A DNA stretch of 57,690 bases, counting the filler, from Sphacelaria rigidula (lineage: Eukaryota): NCBI GenBank assembly GCA_964200075.2. It is 6 parts of 6 records of this genome, joined end to end, with 100 filler letters (N's around TTAATTAATTAA, not from the genome) between each part and the next. Parts side by side here need not be neighbours in the genome. Positions count along the whole stretch, not along the records: positions 9,634 to 19,166 come from CAXNAA020008280.1; positions 19,267 to 28,798 come from CAXNAA020008281.1; 4 more parts are not named here. One strand, given 5' to 3'. Positions within the stretch are counted from its first letter, which is position 1; each line of letters opens with the position of its first letter. The notes beneath the pieces were generated by a model. The model was given only the letters and a program-made list of their open reading frames with translations. It was not told the origin of the DNA and searched no databases. Made by a program: the position numbers and the translations under genes. Shown here one piece after another: positions 9,675 to 23,458 of this stretch.

Positions 9675-12600
9675 TTGTCTCTTAAACCGTCACAGGTCGT
9701 GCCAAGCAGGGACGCGGGCGCAATGGCCGCGGTAGCAAGCAATCGGCGGCGGATGGTGGTACCTCCGCTGCTGTTTCTTCCACTACGTCATCAGGTGGTG
9801 ACTCTGGGCGGACAGTCTACGTGGGGAAACGCAAATATTCGGTGGGGAGTGCTGGAGCAAATAGCTCGCAACTCATCGGCCAGGCAGGATCCGTGCTGGT
9901 ACATCTCCTACGGCTGCGACAGCTGTAACAGCGCCGCCTGCATATTCGGTGACTTGGTCTGGTTGGACCGTCGATTCACAGTTATCGATGTCGAGTGCTG
10001 GAGGGCAGCCCTGGCGTCAGGTGACTCTTGCTACCGACCAGGGTTGTTCGGCAGGCGTGGTACCTGTCGATCGCAAGGCTGAATGCTTACGCGCAGATTT
10101 ATCCTTGCCTGGTTCTGTAGGTTCGTTCATAGCCCGCGTTATTCTGTATTCTGGGTCCGCTCTCACGTCGATCTGTGTGGGGTCGCTTAAGCAAATGTCT
10201 TCGCAGTTTGGCGGCGCTCAGCTTCAGATTCCGTTTAAAAACGGACCGCATACGGCACAGACCGCCACGGGTGCTCCCATGACGACTACACACAAAACGG
10301 TGCTGATTACTGATAGCATGCGTACGCCGTGGGGGGCTGTGCAGTTGCAGCCCATGACTTTCGCAGTCATGCCCGGTAGGGACAACCTGGTTCTATTTGG
10401 GATGGCGACGATGAAGCAGCTCGGGATTGTTTTGTATCCGCTGGCGTTGGAGAACTTACGTCCACGTGCTGTGCCGGTGCAAACCGGCGTGGAAAACACC
10501 AATCACCTTGCTGTAGGCCGTGGGACCGTATTCACACGGTCATTCCAGAGCGCCAATGAGAAGGAGGCTCCTGCGGATGAAGCGGTGGAGCACTTGGTCG
10601 ATCGGGGGTCGGGCATCTTCATCGACCCAGCAGAGGAGAGAGATGCACGGGAGCGTGCGCTAGAGGATAGCGTGCAGCAGGCTGAGCAGAAGGGCCTGAG
10701 CGCCGATGGCGCACATTGTCTGCGTGGTATTTTGACTCGTCGCGTAGATACATTTCGCCGTGCGCTGCGTGGTGATCCGCCAGCACGCGTAGAGCTCATG
10801 AGGGTAATCCTCAAGCCCCAGGCAAATACGGTGAAGGCCAAGCCTCGTCGTTACGATCCGGCGAAGACCGGGTGGCTTGCCTCATGCATCGCAGCTTTGG
10901 TGGCGTTTGGTTTAGTGGTGAGGAACATCCAGACTGTGAGGGCGAGTCCGGCGATGGCGGTGCCGAAAAGGGACACATTCTGTTTGGTCAGCGACTATCA
11001 GGCAGTGAACGCGCAAGTGGAACAGTCTCCGGGGGTGATGTCAAGCCTAGAAGACATGCGGGAGTTGCTGGGAGCCCAATGCTTCGGCAAGTTCGACCTG
11101 CTACAGGGTTATTGGCCTCTGGCGCCGGAGGCTCAGGAGATCTTCACGATCGTCACGTCGGGTGGTTTGTTTACGCCTACTTGTGTCCCGCAGGGCGTGT
11201 TGAATGCCACGGCGTATTTCCATGGTGTGCTGACTGACATTTTGCGAGGTCTAGATTGTAAAGTGTGGGTGGATGACCTTTTCTATGTTGCTAGTACCGA
11301 AGAAGCACTGTTAGCTTTGCTTGACGAAATTCTTGGCCACCTGGAGAGTGTTGGTCTGTTCGTCGCTGCGCATAAGTGTACTTTTTTCGCACGCGAAGTG
11401 GTTTGGTGTGGTGAGGTGTACTCCAAGGGTACTGTTTCGCATGATCCCGTCCGCATCCAAGGTTTGAGCAATATGCGACGTCCTCGAACCGCTAGTTAGC
11501 TGATGCAGTTTCTCCAGGCGGTGAACTGGTTGCGGACTTCGCTTCCGCGCATGGCGGAAGTGGTTGCTCCGCTTCGAGTATTTCTGGAATAACTTATGGT
11601 CGGGGCTTCGCGTCGGACCAAGCGAGTGGGCGCAGCGCGCAATCGCACCATTCCGGAGGACACTTGGACGGAGGGTCGTGTGCGGGCATGGCTTGCTGCG
11701 CAAGATTTGGTGGCGGAAGCGGTGCCACTGTATCATCCTCCTCCAGGGCGCGTTGTTCTCATGTTTCTAGATGCTTCAGATTTTCACTGGGGTAGTTTTT
11801 TGACGCAAGTACCTGTCGCCGAGCTTAGTAGTGATATTGCGCTCGAAATCATGTCACACGAACCGTTGGCTTCTCTCAGTGGAAGCTTCAAGGACTCACA
11901 GTTGCGGTGGGCGACAGTGGACAAATAAGGTTTCGCGATAGCCAAAACATTTCGAAGGCTAGAGTACTTGCTTTGGGGTGGTGCTCGCTTTTCCACCGAT
12001 CAACGGAATCTGAAATACATTTTTAACCCCGGAGAGTGTGTCACATCGGCGACGAAGGCCATGGCACAACGGCTTGAAAATTGAAAATCAGTACTAGGCC
12101 AGTACCAGTATGCCATTGATGAAGAGCGCAATTGTTGTGGAGATTTATTGTCTCGCTGGGTGGAGGTTCCTACCATGCCTGTTCGTTCGGTTGCCGTGTA
12201 CAGCCCGTGTGATGCCGATGATTCGATGCCCGCGTTAGATGTCATTCGTACCGCGCAGCGCGAAACAGTCGGCGACAGTATTCATCCTTTTCCTACGACT
12301 TTCGGTCAAGCTACTTTGGCTGACGACGGTTTGTTTCGCTTGCGTGTTGGCAGTAGTGATGTTTGGTGGATTCGGTCGGATGATAAGGCTCTACAAACTC
12401 GCTTGATGGTGTGCACTCACATGCGGTCGGCTTTGTTCACTTTAATTTTCTGTACGTCGGAAGTAGCGGACCTAAAGGTGCTAATGGTCTGCCTGATAAG
12501 GATAGTTTTCGGTACGTTTTGGTCATTATGGATAATTTATCCAATCTCGTTTGCTTGGAGCCGACCGAGGCTTGCACCGCCGAGGTTACGGCTAAGAACT

Positions 12601-13590
12601 TCATGCATTGGTGCAAGACTTTGGGGGTGCCGCGTGTTTGAGTTAGTGACACCGCCATGCACTTGAAGAATCGAGTGATCGCGCAGCTCAGCGATGCGCT
12701 CAAGGTGCAACACCAATTTGCTGTTGCGTATACCCCTTGGTCGAATGGTGCTTGTGAATACATGGTGAACGAGGTTATTCGTGCGTTGCGGCCAATTTTG
12801 TCGGAACAGAGACGGCCGGTGTCTGAATGGGTTGATCTTTTGCCAACCGCTCAGTGGTCGTTGAATACTTTTTTTCGTGAACGTTATCGTAACACTCCGT
12901 ATTGTGTGATGTTTGGGCGTGCGCCGCGTACAGCGTTTTCCGCGCTGGCTACTGTCACTGGCGGCGAGTGGGATGCCGATGTCATGGATGCTGATTCGTT
13001 GCGTGAAAAGGTTCAAGTCGTGGTTGACGAGCAAGTGCAGGTTTGTAACGGAGTGTAAGCTGCTTTTGCGGTGTCTCGCGAAACAAAACGTAAGCTTGCT
13101 CAGGGTCAGGCGATGTTGCCCGAGCTTGCAGTTGGCGATTTCGTATTGTATGCCCGTGTTCAGAGGCAAGATGTGACGCCAAAGTTGATGTCCACGTGGG
13201 CAGGTCCGTGGCGAGTGATCGGTGCCAATTACGCTCACGTGTATTCGGTGCAGAACATTGTTTTTGGCGCCGTGCACTCGGCCCATGTCGCTCGTTTACG
13301 TTTCTATGCTGACTCGCTGTTGCACATCACTGCGGACCTAAAAAATATATTTCAGCATTCGTATGCGCAAGGTGAATATCAGATGAATGCTTTGGTGCAT
13401 CTCGCTGAGGACGACAATGTTGATGTCATTGATTTGGTCGATTGGGATCGGTTCGGAACTGAAGAACGTGCGTGAGAATCTCTCCGCAAGATTCATTCTT
13501 CTGCGCCTGAATTTGTTCTGAAGGAGCTACGTAAACTGCGGTTGACTCGGGCGCTGACCAGTAAATTAGCGTCGGAGCATTTTACTTGTT
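9675..13590 (+). mobile_element. Decayed Ty3/gypsy retrotransposon pol (PR-RT-RH-IN-chromodomain)
   Basis: PR remnant ILYSGS; RT FDLLQGYW, PQGVLNA, WVDD; RH FLDASDFHWG; IN VSDT..PWSNGACE; chromo-like LVDWDRFGTEER; gypsy domain order; many stops and frameshifts. Confidence 0.92.
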
Positions 13591-13671
13591 TGTGATCTGG
13601 CGCATGCGATTTTGCCTTGTTTTTTTTGGTTGTCAAACTCGTTCGTTTGTCTTGAACTCGCTGTGAGGGTG

Positions 13672-13977
13672 CTGTAGACAAATGACACCAAGCCGTTGGT
13701 TTCTGTATAATCGCATGCATAATCGGAGCAGTCGCAGGGGACAGGAGATACTGGATTCATGGCCTTTACCTGTGTGGCCCCTTGCTGCTGGCTCGTGATG
13801 TGGTCTGTTGAGGATCACTCCATGATAATAACAAGTGAGAAGAATGGACTTGTCGAGCACGAGGCCAGTGCTACTGGAGGAGTCCCTCGTGGATAGTCCT
13901 CTTGTCCAGATCGTCTGGTAGAGGTTGCAAGCCTCAGAAAACGTTTGGACCGAAAAGTGCACCCCTACTGTGGCATC
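13672..13977 (+). repeat. Possible 3' LTR of the gypsy element
   Basis: Starts TGTAGAC just after pol; no second LTR in this scaffold to confirm. Confidence 0.25.
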
Positions 13978-14089
13978 ACTCGAAAATGGGCCGGAAAGCT
14001 CGGGAAGATGCGTGTATCATCGTGAGGACGAAAATATGAAATATGATGTCCCGTGAAGTACGACGGAAACAAAAGGTCGAAGACATCCT

Positions 14090-14282
14090 ACGGGAACGAC
14101 ACGACACGACACGACACGACACGGCACGACACGACACGGGACGGGACGGGAAATGTGATCCTGCAAAAGTACGGGGCGGGACGGATACTCCCTCTCCTGG
14201 CTCGAAACTTTGACGGGAGGACAGGAGTTTGATAAATAGTCCAGATAATGCGGAGGGTGTCGGGACGGCGGGACGGGACGGA
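14090..14282. repeat. (GACAC)n/(GGGAC)n pentamer-rich repeat
   Basis: Tandem gacac units at 14097-14137 and gggacgggac blocks. Confidence 0.7.
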
Positions 14283-15967
14283 AAGTGTATCATGGGTGGC
14301 CGCCGGTACACGTCATCCACACTTCGGAGCGTCCCTAGGTTATTCTATCGTAGTGAATGAGCTGAACGGCGTTAGGCTTTTAGTTTTGTATGCGCGCAGA
14401 ACGTTTAGCTTGATTTGTTTGTTTGGGGCTTACGATAAGCTGTTCTTTACAAGCTCAAGGCGGTTTAAATTTTCTGACAAGCTTCTAATAATGTGCTTGA
14501 AACGAGCATAAAGTTGCGATAAAAGTTTATGCGCCTCCTCCAGTCATTGTAGCAGCTCTCTGAAAGTGCCCCCTATGGCCTATGGCATGACTCGTCACCC
14601 GTCAACAGAGAGGCTTCAATCCTCCAAGCTGCCATGGTTGGTTGCGGGTCTGATCCGGAAACCTTCAATGATAGACAAAGTTGTATTTTTCAATAAAAAG
14701 CATATTTTAAAACCTCGAATACCCAAATTGTCGCCCTCTCCTCGTGCTAGAAGGCTCACCTCGTGACGGGATACTGCCACAACGCCACAACAAGGACGCG
14801 GAGTAGGCGCATATAGTGGAGATTAAAACAAGATGGAAAATCATATTGAAAAGATGAGCATAATTAAAAAAAACGCGCGTACGAAGCTAAAGCCTAAACG
14901 ACGTGCCTGCAGTATGAATCGGGTTGTGATCGCACGCATTGTCGCGGTGTGTAACTGTAATATCACGGTAGAGGTGCATCTATCAGTCCAAAAGTTCCTC
15001 TGAGGCTGTATACTAAGGCCCAGATTTTCGTCATTCAGAGGTTCCAACAGCAGAAAAAGAGCCTCAGAAAAAAGCGCGCGACTAACTTGGCATTGATCCA
15101 AACCCACCGATTTCGTGGGACATTCGTTTTCCAAACCGGTTCATGCTATGTGCATGCTGTTCAACTTGTCGATATAAGCTGAGGACACACCAAAATGCGC
15201 ATAGCGTGTACCAGCGATGTCCCATGTAAGTATGGCCCGGAAGATTCATCGGGGCGACACGGGGTGAGCCATTCTATCCCGACGTATCTTCGATGAGGTT
15301 CCTGTCTCGCGAGAAACCATCAAGACCAAGAAACACTTCCCATGGGCGACTACAAACCCCCCACCACACGATACCAATCGGCCCCAATTCAGCGGTTTTT
15401 CTTCGACCCCCAACTCCTGACGATACATCAGAAAACGTACATACACAAGATTTTTACCGCGCCGTCCCTTCACCGCTAATGGCTGAAACTGTCTGGACAA
15501 GAACCAACCGCGGCGGAACACGGGTCACCGTAGTTATATACTCGGTATGTAGTGGTGTACCATACTTGACAACGAAAGCCGCCAAAAGGTGCACCAAACT
15601 TGAGTTCATATGTCGCCCGAAGGTGTATGAGTACTCTCATGTGCGCTCCTCCTAATGACAACGTCAAGAGCCCACACATCGTCGCTCAGTCGTTCTTTTC
15701 CTTTTCAGTGATGCGGGCAGTGCCTTTCGTTCGACACTCGTATCATTTAAAATATAATGGTTACAAACTGGTGACCGCGGGTCTGAGGGAGCAAACGTTC
15801 GTCATGATATCTGAAGTCAGAGGGGGCACAACAAAGACGACGCTGAGACACGGATGCTTGTTTCATGAAGGAGATTGAAAGCGGCCTTGCCTCGACACAA
15901 GGGCAAGTACAAACAGGTATGAATGCACATTTGGATCTACTGAGCAATGCTCGTACTGTCATTATAC

Positions 15968-16027
15968 TGGTGTACGATCCTCCAATAATGGTGTACGATC
16001 CTCCAATAATGGCGTACGGTCCTGCAA
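15968..16027. repeat. 21-bp tandem repeat, about 2.7 units
   Basis: tggtgtacgatcctccaataa repeated. Confidence 0.85.
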
Positions 16028-16867
16028 GCCGCTAGACCGAACCAGCAAACCGCCCCAAAAGTCATCACACTACTTCCTTGATAAGAAAGAGCAAAGAGCA
16101 GTGCGTCAGCATACGCATTGTTGAGGTACAGACACTAGATTCAACCGCTCAGACAGCGTCTATTCTCATCGCAAGAACCTTGCATGTAGCAATAGATGAG
16201 GTGCCCTATATATCGTAGCTGTCGCAGCCTTTGCATCATCAGCAGTAATCTTGATAAGGTTGCTTGCTTTAGAGAAACGGCGTGATATGTGTGTGGCAGG
16301 TGTAAACTCGAGGCGCTTTTTTGCTCCCTCTTTTCGCATGGAGAGCGCACCAACGTCCACGAGATTTTGCACGAAACGAAATATAATGACGCGCGCTTGA
16401 ATTTCCCTCGCACACAGTGGCGGGGTACTATGTACACTGCGTGCTCAGCACGTGCAACGTGAGCTGCGAGAATTGGGTAACAGCACAGCGCGTTTCGGCT
16501 ATGGCCACGTATCTTCCAGGATCCACGTGCGTAGCGCCGCGTTTGACCACATCTCCAGAGATCGTGCGCAGATGATCCTTGGATTTTGTTTCTCGGGTCC
16601 GCACCCCGTCAACACACCACTCCGTGAAACAACGATGTTGGTGGCACCCAGCGCTAGTTTATACTCCGTCGTACATATTTTTGTCTTCCATAAAACCTGC
16701 CGCAGCTAGATTTTAGGGTGTTCGTGTGTATATTCGATACACCACTCTTAGGTTTATGCAGGCGCTAAGATTGTCGGGGCGTTGTGTGTGAGGCATGCTG
16801 CATGAAGTAGCACGGCCGGCACTGCTGCTGTTTCAAACCACGGACGGTACAATATAGTACAAGAATG

Positions 16868-17035
16868 GGCCCGCTATCAAGAAAGTGGCCCGAAAGGAAC
16901 GAGGGTGAGTCTCCGAAAAATTCAAGGCTGGGCACTGCCGGAGTGTGGTTTACACGGTATGAAGGGTGTGGTTCTCCCTAGCATTGAAGGAGCCAGTAAG
17001 ACTGGGCCTGTTCTCTGTTTTTTTGATAGCGGGCC
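16868..17035. mobile_element. Small GGCC-ended MITE-like element
   Basis: 13-bp TIR ggcccgctatcaa / ttgatagcgggcc; no clear TSD. Confidence 0.4.
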
Positions 17036-19166
17036 GATAATCCTGGTCTAACAGAATCCTGAAAAATGAGGTTGAACAGTAAAATGAGGTCCAAGTGGCC
17101 TTCCAAAATTCCAGGTTTTGTGCAAAAAGGTATGCCAAGGGAAAGCACCTTCGCGAAAAACGTTGCTGTCGCAGTTAGGCAGGTTTGGCCAGGTGCACCG
17201 AATGAACGCGGTGTACACGCGTGTCAATGACGATACCACCGGAGGAGCAACGGCGGAGAGGAAGCTCCTCGCCCTTGTCCTTTGTGTGTCTCGTTCGGCT
17301 ATTCCCAATCGCTGGAGAGATTGACAGCATGTTACCAGCACATACCCAATCTGCCATATGCCTTCAGGTGGGGCATTGTAGTACATACCCCCAAACAAGA
17401 TCGGGATGCTGAGGGATGTCATCTGTTGTCTATGGCGCTGACCAATGCAAAGAGCGATTCCTCTCTGCCACGTTTTTGGACAGGACGCGCCTCTGTGCGC
17501 GGCAGAACACGTCGTCGAAAGGCATGGCGATGTTCACGTCACCGCAACTATTCTAACACACACACACACACACACACACACATGCGAGCAAGGACGCTTG
17601 CAGCATGAAGATCCAATATCAACTTGGGGGGTGTTGTTGTCATCGTTGATTTCACCCGACCTCTGTGCCTGTGCACAACAAGGACAAGAGTCTGCCACCC
17701 CAGTTGGGAGAATGTATGAGAGATCAAACACTCGTGATAACTTCTTGGCATGCGGAGTCGAAGAAAATACCTCTGGCGGTGACTGACCTGTCGCTGGCGT
17801 GACGCATATGGTGGCTGCCATCCTGTAATCTGAGTTTTTCTCATGTGCAACCGGTCGCGTGCTCACCAGGGTGTGTGTATGTCTGTAGCAATCACAAAGA
17901 AATGTCATGTCAGGAAATCCTAAGCTGAGGGGACAAATGGTTTCACGCGAAACAGGGCGGGTGTTCTATGATTAACCACTTGCCTGTGCACTTGTGACCC
18001 ACGCCGTCAAGCGCTGACCGCAAATGTCTTGCCTAAAAATTGCTTCCAAGCAGCGTAGTCGTCAGTAGGTCCAAACAAGCCTGGACGATTATTTCGTTGC
18101 TCTACTGACTGTCTGTACAGTATCACCGAATTTACAAGCCATGCACAACTTAGCAGTTCCGATTCTTGAATCTTATTCCATCGAGTCAAAACGGCTCTCG
18201 AAAACAACGAGAAAGTGCTCGCGTTGGGTTCGGCCAGATGTACGACGACAGTGTCGAACAGTATTCCCGAACTCTTCCGGAATTTGCAACAAGCGATTAG
18301 CATCGAAACGACTTGAAATTGACCGGTTCATGTTCGAAATGGGAACTTATTCCCAAAAAACCCTTCGCAGGTGAAAAAACGCGAAATTTCATTCGAATAA
18401 AACTCTCTGTACCCGTCAATGTTCCACAAGGCATGCAAAATCTGTGTTATCGTTTTTTTATACCTGGTGGGAACCGGAGAAGGCGGTCGCAAGCACTGGT
18501 CACAAGACAATGGCATTCGATGACACAATTGCCACTTTCTACGATGCCCCCCCCCAAAACCAGCACAAAAGTTTCACGACAAAAATCGTAATGCAGCGTC
18601 TAATGTTTGGGTTCAGGCTGCATGAAGCGCATCATATGGGCGACATTGGCGAGAACGAACCTAAGTATGGGAATTCCCAGCTGCTCGTTGTGCTTGGCTT
18701 CTTCCATTTCGATTGCCGTGAAGATTTTGACTCCCTAAACCAGGCACTTTCTTTTTTGGGGGGGGCTATTGTAGGAAGTGTCAACTGAATTAATAGTAGT
18801 GTAGGTACGAGAGGGAGCCGTTTTGAGATGGAGAAGACAGGCTGTTTCACGCTTTCGACCCCAACTCCACTTATCAGCGATTTCTTTCGCAATACGTACT
18901 CAACAGTGTCATGCATGGTGTGAGACTGATCGCCCTGGACAACTGAAAAAGAGGGTGACAAGGCAGGATTTTTGTTCAAGACCACAGCGGCGGCGCTAAG
19001 GGGGCCAAGGTACCTCAACCAACCACCGGCCTCCAAATTGTTCTGAAAATAGAAATTACGAACCCCCAGTCCGATTTTTACCCAGTCTCCACATGCTTCA
19101 GAGTCATCCTACGATAGGGGGGGGGGTATTTTGGGCCATTTGTTGCTCAAATTTCCGAGTCAGATC

Positions 19167-19266
19167 NNNNNNNNNNNNNNNNNNNNNNNNNNNNNNNNNN
19201 NNNNNNNNNNTTAATTAATTAANNNNNNNNNNNNNNNNNNNNNNNNNNNNNNNNNNNNNNNNNNNN
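19167..19266. other. Artificial scaffold spacer
   Basis: Same 100-nt spacer. Confidence 0.97.
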
Positions 19267-19769
19267 TTTTCCTTCTTCCTTTGATTGGGGGGTCTGTGCC
19301 CGGGCGTGTCTGTGGAGGGGGGGTGGGTGGTCGGGGGGGGGGGGGGGGGGGATGTGGACAAGGCCTCTGGGCAAGGTCTGTAGTAGCTAGCCCCTGGGGC
19401 ATGACTCATGCCGGTAGAGACGGTCATACGGATTGTATCATCTCGGATAGAGTTGCCACACAGTCTTGGCATCAATGGATTGCGATACACACTGTCGCCG
19501 CTTCCCGATGGTGTCAGGACATTTTCACACATGAAACAGGTCATGGGGTACCTAAAAGAAGTAATGGGAGAGGACTCTCAGATCCGTTCTCCGTAAACGT
19601 AACGTAACTGACAGCCGAGTCCGAGAAGCCGAAGCGGTACCTTTGCGCTAGTCCAGCGTTCTGGGGGGGGGGGGGGGGGGGACGCTAGCTCATGATACGG
19701 ACCAGTACAAATACAAGAAATGGTAATCAGGTAGCTCATGAGCTGTCGGACGTGTACAATATTTTCCAA

Positions 19770-20253
19770 CCCGGATGGAGCAGACTTATGGACGAGTATC
19801 GGCAGACTTTTTTCCTTCTGGGGTGTATTTGATATCCGTCCGACGCTGGAAAAACGAAGGTTGCGTGTGTGTAGCGAAGAAAAATAATGGGAATTGACGT
19901 GGTGCTCCGCTATAGCGAAATGTCAGCCATGTGCCAAGGAAAGACGGGCGTTCACTCCTCGAGAGAGCGGATTCGCTCCGGAGAGAGGGCAGAGATACTC
20001 ATGATCTTGCATGCCGGAGTCATGAAATCATTCATGCACGCCGCTTTTCTGCGGGGGGTCTATCGAGGTCTCACTGCAATGCCTTCCTTGAGCTTTTCTC
20101 GACGCAGTCTACCATGTCGTTCTGTTCGACTTTTTTCTGCTCCTTCGTTTTCTTGTACGAGTGTTTCAGTTTCGCTTTCTTGGGTACGTCTCATCATGTG
20201 ACCACGGCTGGATCCATGGGTGGTCAGTTGAAGTTCGACAATCAATCAATCAA
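19770..20253 (+). mobile_element. 5'-truncated LINE ending in a family T tail with (TCAA)n
   Basis: Tail gtacgtctcatcatgtgaccacggctggatccatgggtggtcagttgaagttcgacaatcaatcaatcaa; upstream decayed coding-like sequence. Confidence 0.55.
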
Positions 20254-20273
20254 GAAGCGCAACACAACAGCAA

Positions 20274-20596
20274 GGGCATCAATAGCGTGCATCCTTGATG
20301 TGTGCAAGCGATGAATACCTTGCTAGGAGCGTCAGGTGTTGAGTAAGGGGGCTGCGAAGATAGCGCCATACAAGCAGGTTGCGACTCGGCACAAGCTTTT
20401 CCCCCAGCTACATATTTCCCAATAGGGAGGGAGGGGGGGGTGAAAATATGAGAGGAATATGTAGTTGAGGGGAAAGCTTATTGAGTTGCGACCTGCTTGA
20501 ACGGTCTTATCTGTGCAGCCCCCTTACCTAACATATGACACGCCCAAAAAGATATGTATCGCTTGCGAACATGAAGGATGCACGTTGCTCGTGCCC
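20274..20596. repeat. Diverged foldback, ~145-bp arms
   Basis: gtgcatcctt/aaggatgcac, gtaagggggctgc/gcagcccccttac, aagcaggttgcgactc/gagttgcgacctgctt. Confidence 0.75.
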
Positions 20597-20642
20597 GTGT
20601 TTTTGGGGTGGGTTCGTGTTCATGAAAGCTCAAGCAAGGTAC

Positions 20643-20679
<37 letters not shown>

Positions 20680-20867
20680 GTTACAGACAGATAGTCCCGG
20701 AAATTGTCCAGACGCGGAACGTTCGTGAACTGTTTTGAGTGGTGAGAGTAGCAGCCTGTTGTCTTGGTCTCGCAAATGACGTGGACTTTTGCTTACATGC
20801 TGGCTGGCGCACGGTACAGCACGTATACGTCATCGCCGTGCTTGCAGTATTTTGCCGTTTTCTGTTC

Positions 20868-20905
<38 letters not shown>

Positions 20906-21278
20906 CGTGCTTGTTTCATCTCAACATATGTGTTTGTTCAGTTTCGATGCAATTGACCGTGGGTGTCCTTGTATCCCCTCAACGTGTATTTGCGTGTGCT
21001 CAACAGAAAGCATGTGTGGTGCGTTTGAAACAATTATGTTGAAACAACATTTCTTTTTCGCGGGAAGCGATGTGGGTGTGTACGTGTGTCTGTGTGTGCA
21101 TGAATGTTATCATGTCCACCGCATGCGTATGGGTGTTGTGTCATTGAGCACGATGTGTGTGGCTTGCACATGTTATTATAATGTGTCAACAGGCAAGTGT
21201 ACGGTATGGGTTCGCGTCGCGCTTGTCTAACATGAGGCGTGTTTTCTGTGTGCTCCGTATGTACGCACACCACAACAG

Positions 21279-21410
21279 GTGGACTTGGTGCCTACCTGGG
21301 TGACCAAGAAGTGGGTGAAGCTGCTTTCCGCCACGCACCCCACCCTCGCCTTCCACGCTAGCATCACCAACAGCTTCGGAAAGGGCGCGTTGATCAACCT
21401 CCTACGTCAG
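21279..21410 (+). CDS. NOG2: Nucleolar GTP-binding protein 2, exon
   Basis: cag|...|gtcagg, 44 codons: [44 protein letters not shown]. Confidence 0.93.
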
Positions 21411-21843
21411 GTCAGGATTTTTAACGGCAATTGGACGTGGAGAGGGGACGTTCTCGACGTTCCTGGTTCTCCGTATTTTCAATCCCGTAGACAGAGATGT
21501 ACGAGGATCCTTTCTCACGACCAACATCCTGCTCTTGTCATCCCTCTCAATATATATTTTTTGTAAATCGTACTCGGGCTGCTCATTTTTTTGTCGCTCC
21601 TTGCGCATCCTTTCGCACATACGCTTGGTTTATTTTTTTTATTGATGCGGCGCTCGATTCATTTTTGTACCCCCCCCCCCCCCCCCCTCCCCCCCCTTTT
21701 TTCTTTTTTCCCACTCGCACCNNNNNNNNNNTTTTCCTCTCCTTCCTCTTCCTTTCCCCCACACTCTTTTTTTTTTTTTTTTTTTGACGCGGCGCTCGTT
21801 TCTTTTTTGTACCCCCCCCCCCCCCTTCCCCCCTTTTTTGCAG

Positions 21844-21945
21844 TTTGCCAAGCTGCACCCGGACAAAAAGCAAATCAGCGTCGGTGTGGTGGGTTACCCG
21901 AACGTGGGGAAGAGCTCCATCATCAATACCCTCAAGAAAAAGAAG
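21844..21945 (+). CDS. NOG2: Nucleolar GTP-binding protein 2, P-loop exon
   Basis: cag|...|gtcggt; [34 protein letters not shown] (G1). Confidence 0.95.
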
Positions 21946-22941
21946 GTCGGTATTGTAAACGACGGAGATGTCGGTAGGGTTGGCTGCAATCGTACACCAG
22001 CCAACGGAAGAGAGCGGAGATCTCTTTTGTCTTCGCACTCACTACATGAAGAGGTGAAGCGGAAGACACATAATCGAGAAGGAATGACTTGAATAGTAAC
22101 AACCACGCAGGAGCTTGAGGACAACAAGTGGAGCCGAAAGAAGAACAAAAGGCATAGAAATAGTGGACAACAACAAAAATAAATGAAATGGGAAAACGCA
22201 GTAGAACATGACCAAAGGAGCCACGCGTATGAAGGAGTAGCACGTATACAGATTGTTTTCTGTACTGTTCATATATTTTGTGTCGGTTTGCTACGATAGG
22301 CACGAAGAGGCTTTTTCTGGCCGCTTGCTCTGTAGAAGTCTAGAGAAGGGCGATGCGCATGTTCTGTGTGACCCATGTGTAAACTCTTGCATTTAAAAAG
22401 AAATGAGAACCACAGAGGATAATTTGAGACCAATCGCAAAACGACCGATCACATTTTGAACAGATTTCCTTTTGTTCGTGGAGAGAGGCAACCAGGCATT
22501 GAGGAAACACTTCATGGAAGGACTTGAGTGTGTGCTCGAATGCGTTGTTGAAAATTTCAAATCCCACGTGTACCCGAAGGTGGCAGGATACCTACCGCCA
22601 CTGCGGCATGGCTGGATGATGGAAGGGAAGACCTCAGCCCTCCTGTTGTGCTGCTTTATACTTCAATTACATGAATATAGTGGAGCAAGCTGGACAATCG
22701 AATATATATATTGATGGGCGTTCATGCTAGTGGGAACCCGCTCTAGTTCACGTTACGTTTCATGCTCTGTTTTTCGTTTTCGTCGCTATTTCTTTTCGTC
22801 TTTCAAGCTCGATTTTTTTTTATTATTATTCACGGTGTCCCTATTTTTCTTTTTCTTTTTCTTCTCGGCTTGTTCGTGATCATTTTGTTTTTTCTCCTTC
22901 TTTTTTGGGGGTGGGGGGGGGGGTGGTTTTGTCGTCTGCAG

Positions 22942-23031
22942 GTATGCAAGGTGGCTCCTGTGCCAGGAGAGACCAAGGTGTGGCAATATATCGCGCTTAT
23001 GCGTCGCATCTTTGTGGTGGACTGCCCTGGG
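22942..23031 (+). CDS. NOG2: Nucleolar GTP-binding protein 2, exon
   Basis: cag|...|gtgagc; VCKVAPVPGETKVWQYIALMRRIFVVDCPG (G2, G3); G4-G1-G2-G3 permuted order. Confidence 0.95.
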
Positions 23032-23458
23032 GTGAGCTCTTGTCCGATATCCAACTGGTTTCTTGAGGGTAGTGGTGTAGTGAAGATCATGAAGATCGGA
23101 GGGGGAGGGGGAGGAGGGGGCGCAAAAATCAGCGACGATTCGAGTTTTGGTGACATGTCTTACTCACCCAGAGAGAAGTATCCCTTTGACTCCTTCACCG
23201 CCTCATTGAGTGGTTTATAATTTGTTGAATTGGCATCATATTTTGCCATGTCGAAAATCCACATGAAATCACTCTTGTGATCGATTGGCTCGATAGACTC
23301 ATCCCCTACATCTGTCGAGCAGGTTTGTGTACAGGATTGTGAAAAAATATATATTTAAGACACGAACGTAGTTTAAAATGCACCCACAACGCTTACAGGC
23401 CTTTTTACTGGGAGGAAGATGTGTGCAAAAAGGGAGTGGAGTATCTGACGATGTGGTC

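Noticed and set aside
14300..19166. Short ORFs across the rest of scaffold 2
   Set aside because: No recognisable motifs or phase-consistent exon chains.
20478..21273. CVCV/HTHT-rich ORFs
   Set aside because: Translations of (CA)n/(TG)n microsatellites.
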